Under the pieces are notes generated by a model. The model made no database searches. It saw only the letters and a program-made list of their open reading frames with translations, and had not been told where the DNA came from. From Olsenella uli DSM 7084 (lineage in GTDB: Bacteria; Actinomycetota; Coriobacteriia; Coriobacteriales; Atopobiaceae): 24,000 bases of DNA. The stretch lies in assembly GCF_964283195.1 (NCBI RefSeq), contig NZ_CAXYLH010000016.1; one strand, written 5' to 3'. Position numbers and translations under genes: made by a program. Every line of letters starts with the position of its first letter. Within the stretch, counting starts at the first letter, position 1. Shown piece by piece: positions 14,767-20,773 of the stretch.

Positions 14767-15441
14767 CTAAATGGCCTTGCGCCTCGCCTGCTTGAGCCAA
14801 TTCCTCTTAAAGGGGCCGATCCCGCCGAAGAACTTGTTGTAGGTCTCCCCGTCTTCCTTCGCGGCGTATTTGATGGCCGCCAGCTCGATCGTGCATAGAT
14901 AGTCCGCGGCCTGTTCGAGCCGATAATCGGTCATCGATGTCTTACGGCGCTCCAAGACGCCCTTGGAGAGGGCGAACCCGAAGGACTGGTCGAGGGCCTT
15001 CTTGACGATATCCTGGCCGTTGCCGTAATAGACCTTCACATCGTCGAACGCCTGAAAGAAGTCAAGATGGTCGAACAGGAGCCCGGAGATGTCCCGCTTC
15101 ATGCGGGCGGTGAGCTTCGCGAGGTCATCGAACTCGCTTCTTCGGTATGCGAACGTAGCGTACTTGATGGGGAGCCTCTGCACGAGGACGTTGAACGAGT
15201 AGAGCATCTTCTTCCGCTGCTCAAGGGACATCCCTCGGTAAGGTCCATGACCGTTCAGCAGCGGCTCGGAATGAAACGGTATGTTCGGTAAGTCGGACCT
15301 GAGGAGGGAGTCCTCGTAGCGCGCGATTTTGCCAGATATGGAATCGGCCTGGTCATGAATCACGAGCGTGAGCAAATAGTAGCGCGCTTTCCCGCCGCGA
15401 TCCCCGCTCTCGTCGACGAATATGCTCAGGTCTCGCCCCAA
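14767..15441 (-). CDS. DUF3800 domain protein
   Basis: The family-typical N-terminus LSIFVDESGDRGG is present. I prefer the TTG start at 15441 (AGGGG 7 nt upstream). The track start at 15528 (GTG) would run through a terminator hairpin. Confidence 0.8.
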   Translation of the reverse strand: MGRDLSIFVDESGDRGGKARYYLLTLVIHDQADSISGKIARYEDSLLRSDLPNIPFHSEPLLNGHGPYRGMSLEQRKKMLYSFNVLVQRLPIKYATFAYRRSEFDDLAKLTARMKRDISGLLFDHLDFFQAFDDVKVYYGNGQDIVKKALDQSFGFALSKGVLERRKTSMTDYRLEQAADYLCTIELAAIKYAAKEDGETYNKFFGGIGPFKRNWLKQARRKAI

Positions 15442-15457
15442 TAAAATACCCCTAGAT

Positions 15458-15547
15458 AGAATAAAAGCCGGGGGATAAGCCCCCGGCACTTGGAGGTAGC
15501 CGAACGGCCACCAAGATCTATATACCACGCCTGTGATGGTTTTTCAA
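15458..15547 (-). promoter_or_regulatory. Sigma70-type promoter plus a short leader with an intrinsic terminator directly upstream of the DUF3800 gene
   Basis: In minus sense the promoter is TTGACA-like TTGAAA (15547-15542), a 17-nt spacer, then TATATA (15524-15519). Leader hairpin 1 is CTTGGTGGCC..GGCTACCTCCAAG. It is followed by GCCGGGGG (15487-15480) cttat CCCCCGGC (15474-15467) and TTTTATTCT, which ends ~17 nt before the TTG start. Confidence 0.55.
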
Positions 15548-15841
15548 GAACCGCTCGAACGATTGCGCGAGCTAACCCCCCGATTACTCTCTTTTCCCTG
15601 AGATGGCGAGATTCTTTACTCCCCATTAACCACCTGGGAAAACGCCGTACGGAGACCGCCGAAAAGCCCATTGAGTTCGATTTGAGTTTCACGGGCCTCG
15701 AAGCGGCCCCGTCTCGCCCTCGGGGACAAAAACAGCGCGTCCACTCACTCGGGATAAATCCTTACTCCCATTCCCCCGAGTACCACCCCGTGCCTTGCCG
15801 TCTTGAAATGCGGGGAGTAAATGGCGAAATCGCAGGTGAAA

Positions 15842-16020
15842 GGGAGTAAAACGGCAAAGAAAAAGCCTCCGTCCCAACGCGGGGGCGGAGGCTCGGTTGC
15901 CGCATTTACTCACCGATGCCGCTGGTGGCTTTGCCGTGAGTCGCATACGAAACGAAACTCAGCGGTACGCCACGGCACTCAAAAGCGCAGGTCGAAGCCC
16001 TGTCGGCCTATTCCCACTCG
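15842..16020. repeat. Island P-segment copy C plus guaA-end core copy C
   Basis: Aligns with 10958-11146 and 20594-20773. In minus sense the core reads ACC GAG TGG GAA TAG (T-E-W-E-stop) at 16020-16006. Confidence 0.8.
15855..15892 (-). terminator. Rho-independent terminator inside P-segment C
   Basis: GCCTCCGTCCC (15865-15875) / GGGGCGGAGGC (15882-15892, one G-U pair). On the minus strand it is followed by TTTTTCTTTG. Confidence 0.7.
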
Positions 16021-16300
16021 GTGGTTATAGTTTTGCCGTCTCGTCACTCCAGTTGCACCCAGTTTTCGGCGGCATCTCGAAGTGAGTGCCGCTGAATGAC
16101 GCGACGTCGCGTTTCATCGGCTTCGGGGACAAAAGCTGGGACAACTTCAAAAACCATTTTCAAACTCAGAGTATTGAGTTTTTATTTTTGTCCCAAGGGG
16201 CACGGAGAGCCGCCTTTGGAGGCTCGATATCGCCGAAAAACGCCCGTTTTGAAACTCAACCGCCTTTGAGCCTGCAAACCACCAGCTTCAACAGTAAGTG
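16021..16300. repeat. Island arm, divergent copy C
   Basis: It has the same architecture as arms A and B: tandem CACTCCAGTTG/CACCCAGTTT, GGGACAAAA (16126-16134) and GGGACAAC (16138-16145) at 12-bp phase, a hairpin AAACTCA/TGAGTTT, and the half-palindrome TTTTTGTCCC (16185-16194). Confidence 0.65.
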
Positions 16301-16532
16301 AGTCGACGCGGGTGGCTTACGAGCCGTTCACAAAACCGCAGGCCACAGGTCTTTGTCAACGATAAGCAAAGTGAATAGTCTCAGGTGGCTTGCCCATGAG
16401 TTGGCGTAAGCCTGTTTAGCAAAAGGCTAATCGGACACGACAGGCCGCCCGCATGGCGACGGCGTTTCCCGTGCGGGCACAAACAGCCCTGCGTGCCCTG
16501 TCGCGCGATATCCCAATGCGACGTTCAGAACC

Positions 16533-16802
16533 CTACCCGCCAAGCAGCCACCTCGCGAAATTCAGCACGAGCACGCCCTCCCGGGTATGGGGCTCATGCC
16601 TCGTGCGAGTGATGAGAATCTTCGGGAATGCATCCCCGATGGATAGAATCGGCGCAATCTCCCTCTCGAGCGTCGAATCGGCGCCGATATCGTCGCTCAC
16701 ATACACTTTCCTTCCCGGTTTCGAAACTTGGAAGGCAGTATGCGCAAGGATGCGTCGAGGTGCGATCCCAGTCGTACCATGCCAGCAGAGATGTCGAGGC
16801 AC
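16533..16802 (-). pseudogene. 3' fragment of a second AAA+/DUF4143 ATPase gene
   Basis: ...SKPGRKVYVSDDIGADSTLEREIAPILSIGDAFPKILITRTRHEPHTREGVLVLNFARWLL aligns with the C-terminus of the 1205-2458 product (...LGSKRYYIQSAYALPDAAKREQESASLLRIGDSFKKIIIVKD...GIVTMGLFDFLL). The whole ATPase core is missing. Confidence 0.6.
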
Positions 16803-16810
16803 ATTCGTTC

Positions 16811-16957
16811 ATGCTGCAATGCGGGCATCGGAGATGAAAAACAGCCCGTCGGGTAGTCATGGGCGTGCGGGAGCCCGCATCAGTAACCTGCCTCCTCGGT
16901 TGTCCCTTCTTTGCATGGTCGTCTACATAAAGGAGGAACCAGCCATGCAGATCAGCA
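16811..16957 (+). promoter_or_regulatory. Second copy of the yjdF leader plus only the first four yjdF codons (truncated)
   Basis: Near-identical to 14117-14264. TGCTGCAAT is the -10, and the closing helix is ATGCGGGC (16818-16825) / GCCCGCAT. The SD is AAGGAGGA, followed by ATG CAG ATC AGC at 16944. Homology is lost after about 16956. Confidence 0.6.
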
Positions 16958-16974
16958 TGCTTGCCCTTCTTGGG

Positions 16975-17285
16975 TCACGGACCGGGGAGGCGAGGGCCTC
17001 CGTCGGGACCGCCCCGAGCAACCGGCATATCCAAGGAATGACAAGGCTCGATCGCTGTGCTGGTCAGGATGCCGAAGCGGGCCGTCCGCCAATCGGAATG
17101 CGGGTCAGGATGCTGCAACGTGATTCCAGCTGCAGGATACGGCTCCTTTGCGGTTGCCGCAAAACCTGCTGGCAACATTCTTACTATCCGAATGATGTAC
17201 GCATCCCTTGGGATCGTTTCGCCTGACCAGGGCCATCTTCAGCGCCTCATCGGCCAGCTCGGCAGGCGCCTCTTCCACGCGTAAT
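16975..17285 (-). pseudogene. Degraded IS3-family transposase (DDE/rve domain) fragment
   Basis: The minus-strand translation PAELADEALKMALVRRNDPKGCVHHSDS fits the IS3 pattern (..Lv..AL.mAl.rR.p..gliHHSDrGsqY). The downstream frame shifts to ...AAGITLQH...DWRTARFGILTSTAIE, a weak match to GI..SmSr.GncwDNA..Esff..lK.E. It has no start and contains frameshifts. Confidence 0.35.
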
Positions 17286-17368
17286 AGCCCTGGCGGGTCA
17301 CCTATGCAACCAAAGATACAAAAGGAATCGAATGGCCAGAGAGGATTGCCCTTACCGATGCTCGATTC

Positions 17369-17398
17369 TTGACAGGCAAACTCAAGCCTCGTTAATAT
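17369..17398 (+). promoter_or_regulatory. Sigma70-type promoter of the mef/msr operon
   Basis: TTGACA (17369-17374), 17-18 nt spacer, TTAATA/TAATAT (17392-17398). Confidence 0.5.
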
Positions 17399-17438
17399 TA
17401 CATGGTTTGCCAGACCGAATTAACAAAGGAGGGGTGTC

Positions 17439-17509
17439 GTGGTTGGTCTTTTCCGCACGTGGATGAGCGCCTAGAAAGCGGCGCTGTTGTGGCGTCGCGC
17501 TGTTTTTCT
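17439..17509 (+). promoter_or_regulatory. Candidate leader peptide ORF (MVGLFRTWMSA) plus a terminator-like hairpin: putative macrolide-responsive attenuator
   Basis: AAAGGAGG lies 6 nt before the GTG at 17439, and the 11-codon ORF ends with TAG at 17472-17474. Then an imperfect GC-rich hairpin (17477-17501; for example GCGGCGC / GCGTCGC with one G-U pair) is followed by GTTTTTCT (17502-17509), ~30 nt before the mef start. Confidence 0.4.
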
Positions 17510-17537
17510 GCACGCCATTTCACGATTGGACATAACC

Positions 17538-18824
17538 ATGATATTTGAAACCTCTCGGGGCAGGTCTGTTCTGCTGTGCCATTCATGGCAATTCAAGCTT
17601 TGTTTCGTATGGGGCGGGGAGCTCGTTTCGACATTGACGAGTTCGATTCTCCAAATGGGTCTTATTTGGCATCTCGCCCTCACGACAGGGTCGTCTTCTC
17701 TCCTCTCCTTAGCATCGCTGGCAGGCTTTCTGCCGATTGCTTTGTTCGGAATCCTTGCGGGCGCCGTTGTCGACAGACTGCCTTTGAAACGTGTCCTCAT
17801 CGGCGCCGACCTCTTCATTGCCGCGGTGGGTGCCGCCTTGGCGATTGCCTCGTTGGCCGGCAGCTTACCTGCATGGCTAATTCTCATCGCCCTGTTTCTC
17901 CGTGCAGTTGGTACTTCGTTCTACACGCCAGCCTCCCAATCTCTCACGCCCCATCTCGCCCCGCCAGAGCATCTCGTTCGCCTATCGGGGGTGACTCAGG
18001 CGATTCAGTCCGGCGGATACATTCTTGGCGCCGCGCTTGCAGCAGTGATTTATCCCGTGGCGGGCATTACCGCTATGATTGTCCTCGACGTGCTGGGAGC
18101 GCTTTTCGCTTCTTTAGCCGTCCTCGCCGCACAGATAGACGCAGGGGGCCTCGATGAAGCCGACCGCAGCTTGTCCTTTTCCAATAAGGTTCGAGAGCTC
18201 TTCTCTGAGATTTCGGACGGCTACAAGCTGATTAGGGAGTACAGGGGGCTGTTCGCCCTTCTTTGGTGCGGGTTCGTCTTCGCTTTCGCGTTCTCTCCGC
18301 TCGCGGCATTGTTCCCAATAATGACCTTGGGGCATTTTGGCGGTAGCACGGGGGATGCCGCTTTGGTGGAAATCCTTTTTTCTGCAGGCATGCTGGCTGG
18401 GTCCGGCATTTTGGCGGCCACGGGAGGGTTCCGCAATAGGTCGTTCACCATGGTCGCCGCGATTGCCGGCTTCGGCATTGCCGCAATCGTATCCGGATCG
18501 CTCGGCCCGTCATTGTTCGCTGCTTTCCTGCCGGTGAGCTTTCTTATGGGCGCATGCTCCCCGTTGTACGCGGGAACCCAGACTGCCCTTATGCAGGAGC
18601 AGATACCTCCTGAGTACCTAGGCCGCGTTTTCGGCCTCTACGGAACCATCATGGCGTGGGCCATGCCCATGGGCCTCGCAGCCCCCTCCGTTTTTGCGGA
18701 TCTGCTTGGAGCTCCGTTATGGTTCGTCGGCTCTGGAGCGACCATGGTACTGCTTGCGATGGCTATGCTGCTTGCTCCGAGCGTCCGAAACGCGGGGAAA
18801 AGAGATACCGGGCAGATTCAATAG
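17538..18824 (+). CDS. mef: Mef-family MFS macrolide efflux transporter
   Basis: Collinear with Mef(A) as I remember it: W..K..FVWGGELVSTLTSSILQMGLIWHLALTTGSSSLLSLASLAGFLPIALFG..AGAVVDRLPLKRVLIGADL...EYLGRVFGLYGTIMAWAMPMGL. Start codon uncertain (ATG 17538, weak RBS). Confidence 0.85.
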   Translation: MIFETSRGRSVLLCHSWQFKLCFVWGGELVSTLTSSILQMGLIWHLALTTGSSSLLSLASLAGFLPIALFGILAGAVVDRLPLKRVLIGADLFIAAVGAALAIASLAGSLPAWLILIALFLRAVGTSFYTPASQSLTPHLAPPEHLVRLSGVTQAIQSGGYILGAALAAVIYPVAGITAMIVLDVLGALFASLAVLAAQIDAGGLDEADRSLSFSNKVRELFSEISDGYKLIREYRGLFALLWCGFVFAFAFSPLAALFPIMTLGHFGGSTGDAALVEILFSAGMLAGSGILAATGGFRNRSFTMVAAIAGFGIAAIVSGSLGPSLFAAFLPVSFLMGACSPLYAGTQTALMQEQIPPEYLGRVFGLYGTIMAWAMPMGLAAPSVFADLLGAPLWFVGSGATMVLLAMAMLLAPSVRNAGKRDTGQIQ

Positions 18825-19085
18825 CCCAAGTATTCGAAAAAAAGAGGCAGCAGCCATCGGTTCAAGCGTCAGCCTTCAAGCCCTTGCGACGACGAGGTAT
18901 TGCACCGACATTCCGCATCGCGCTCCTTATTCGTCGCCAACTATCATTTTCGGATTTGCCGGCTTGCGCAAGGTCAAAACGCTCGCGCCGGCAATTGGGC
19001 AAAGGCGAAAAATCGACGTGAGCAATCTTTTTTGGCATGGCTGCGCTTCCAGTAAAACGCTAATACACAAAAGGCGGTTCAACCT

Positions 19086-20555
19086 ATGGAACTCATAGTC
19101 AAAGCTAAAGACATCTTTTTGGAATATGCCGGCCGCGATATCCTAGATATCGAAGAGTTGGAAATCTACTCCTACGATCGCATCGGCTTGGTGGGAGACA
19201 ATGGCGCAGGCAAAACCAGCCTGCTTAAAATTCTGAGCGGCAATCTTACCATTGCGGACGCCGACGTCAGGCGCTTCGGCAGCATTGCCCTCATCGGCCA
19301 ACTCGATGAACTCGACCTTGATGCGGCTCAGGACAGTGGTGAGATGCTCTCCCGTCTCAACGTCGCCGGAGTGGCGCAGGAGACGATGAGCGGCGGGGAG
19401 GAAACACGCGCCAAGATTGCCTCTGCACTCTCCCAGCATGCAAGCGCGATCTTCGCCGACGAGCCTACGAGCCACCTCGACCAAGACGGCATCCGCCTTC
19501 TCGTCGGACAACTCAAGGCATTTGATGGGGCTCTGCTCATCGTGAGCCATGACCGTCATTTTCTCGACCAGGTGGTAGACAAGATCTGGGAGCTCAAAGA
19601 CGGCGGTATTTCCGAATTCTGGGGTGACTACTCCGACTATCTGCGACAGAAAGAAGAAGAGCGCAAAGCTCAGGCGACTCGATACGAAGAGGCGATGCGC
19701 GAGCGCGATCGCCTCGAAGCCGCCATCGAAAAACAACGGAAAAAAGCACGGCAGGTCGACGCCAAGCGGAAGGCTGCGAAAAAAAGCAACGAGTATGCAG
19801 GTCGATTGGGGCATCAGAAAGCAACCGGCACCAAACAGAAGAGGATGTACCAGGCGGCTAAGGACATGGAGAAGCGCCTCGAAGCGCTCGAAGGGATTGA
19901 GGCCCCAGATAGCATTCGCGCCGTGCGGTTCCGCCAGAGCAAGGCCCTGGAACTGCATAGTAAATTTCCCATCTCGGCAGACGATTTCAGCTTGAGCTTC
20001 GGCAACTGCATGCTCTATGACCACGCGAAATTCGAGATACCGCTCGGTGCCAAAGTGGCCATCACCGGTGGCAACGGTACAGGAAAGACCAGCCTGCTGA
20101 AGGCAATCGCTCGACGCGCCGACGGTATCAACATCTCTCCCAAGGCAGAGATCGGTTACTTCGAGCAAACAGGCTACAAGTTCGACGCCCGTCAGTCTGC
20201 GATCTCGTTCATGCAGGATGGTTGCGAGTACAGCATGACCGAAATTCGAGGCATCCTCGCCTCTATGGGAATCGGACCGCGCGACCTGACAAAGGACGTT
20301 GGCGTTCTCTCGGGAGGCGAAGTCATCAAGCTGCTACTCGCGAAGATGCTGCTGGGCAGATACAACATCTTGCTCATGGACGAGCCTGGAAATTACCTGG
20401 ACATCAAGAGCGCCGAAGCCCTCGAGCAGATGATGAGCGCCTATGCCGGAACGATAGTGTTCGTCTCCCACGATAAGAGGCTGGTCGAGAACGTCGCAGA
20501 CATTGTCTACGAAATAAAGGACACCAAGCTAGTCAAAATCTTTCAGCGCGAATAG
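19086..20555 (+). CDS. msrD: ABC-F ribosomal protection protein of the Msr(D)/Mel type
   Basis: 489 aa with two ABC cassettes ([20 protein letters not shown] twice) and a basic interdomain linker. It is collinear end to end with Msr(D): MELI.KAKDI......[23 protein letters not shown]...[25 protein letters not shown]...YNIL.MDEP.N.LD...[10 protein letters not shown]. Confidence 0.9.
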   Translation: MELIVKAKDIFLEYAGRDILDIEELEIYSYDRIGLVGDNGAGKTSLLKILSGNLTIADADVRRFGSIALIGQLDELDLDAAQDSGEMLSRLNVAGVAQETMSGGEETRAKIASALSQHASAIFADEPTSHLDQDGIRLLVGQLKAFDGALLIVSHDRHFLDQVVDKIWELKDGGISEFWGDYSDYLRQKEEERKAQATRYEEAMRERDRLEAAIEKQRKKARQVDAKRKAAKKSNEYAGRLGHQKATGTKQKRMYQAAKDMEKRLEALEGIEAPDSIRAVRFRQSKALELHSKFPISADDFSLSFGNCMLYDHAKFEIPLGAKVAITGGNGTGKTSLLKAIARRADGINISPKAEIGYFEQTGYKFDARQSAISFMQDGCEYSMTEIRGILASMGIGPRDLTKDVGVLSGGEVIKLLLAKMLLGRYNILLMDEPGNYLDIKSAEALEQMMSAYAGTIVFVSHDKRLVENVADIVYEIKDTKLVKIFQRE

Positions 20556-20593
20556 CCCTAAATGAGCAAGAAATAATCCCCGAACGGAGACAA

Positions 20594-20773
20594 GGGAGTA
20601 AAACGGCAAAGAAAGAGCCTCCGTCCCAACGCAGGGAACGGAGGCTCTTTAATCGCTTTTACTCATCTCCGTCGCTGGTGGCTTTGTCATGACTCTCGTA
20701 CGAAACGAAACTCAGCGGCACAGTGCGGCACTCAAAATCGCAGGTCAGAACCCTATCGGCCTACTCCCACTCG
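20594..20773. repeat. Island P-segment copy D plus the true guaA end (attR-like junction); it now forms the guaA 3'UTR
   Basis: Aligns with 10958-11146 and 15842-16020. It starts at GGGAGTAAAAC (20594-20604) and ends in CTACTCCCACTCG (20761-20773), which is the stop plus E-W-E codons of guaA. Confidence 0.8.
20607..20645 (-). terminator. Rho-independent terminator currently serving guaA
   Basis: GCCTCCGTCCC (20617-20627) / GGGAACGGAGGC (20634-20645, one bulged A). On the minus strand it is followed by TCTTTCTTTG. Confidence 0.7.

Larger units (their letters stand above)
11147..16020. mobile_element. Putative integrase-less genomic island 2 (arm B ... cargo ... P-segment C)
   Basis: Bounded by core copies at 11123-11146 and 16008-16020. 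It has arm B at its left and P-segment C at its right. No recombinase ORF is present. Confidence 0.5.
16021..20773. mobile_element. Putative integrase-less genomic island 1 (arm C ... relics, mef, msr(D)-like ... P-segment D), adjacent to guaA
   Basis: Bounded by core copy C and the true guaA end. Arm C is at its left and P-segment D at its right. Confidence 0.5.

Noticed and set aside
16453-17226. A 257-aa plus-strand ORF
   Set aside because: It is a chimeric read-through across the antisense of the ATPase relic, the yjdF leader copy, four yjdF codons and the antisense of the IS3 relic. It is not a gene.
10958-20604. Whether the recurring GGGAGTAAAAC / GCCTCCGTCCC units could be a CRISPR array
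   Set aside because: There are only three copies, 4.7-4.9 kb apart, and each is embedded in ~165 bp of shared flanking sequence. There is no regular short repeat-spacer structure and there are no cas genes.
20659-20760. A 33-codon frame continuing in phase after the guaA stop (ADRVLTCDFECR...), also open in copies B and C, which might suggest a read-through extension
   Set aside because: Differences between the copies are mostly non-synonymous and not biased to third positions (ADRVLTCDFECRTVPLSFVSYESHDKATSDGDE versus ADRASTCAFECRGVPLSFVSYATHGKATSGIGE). This is consistent with noncoding sequence.
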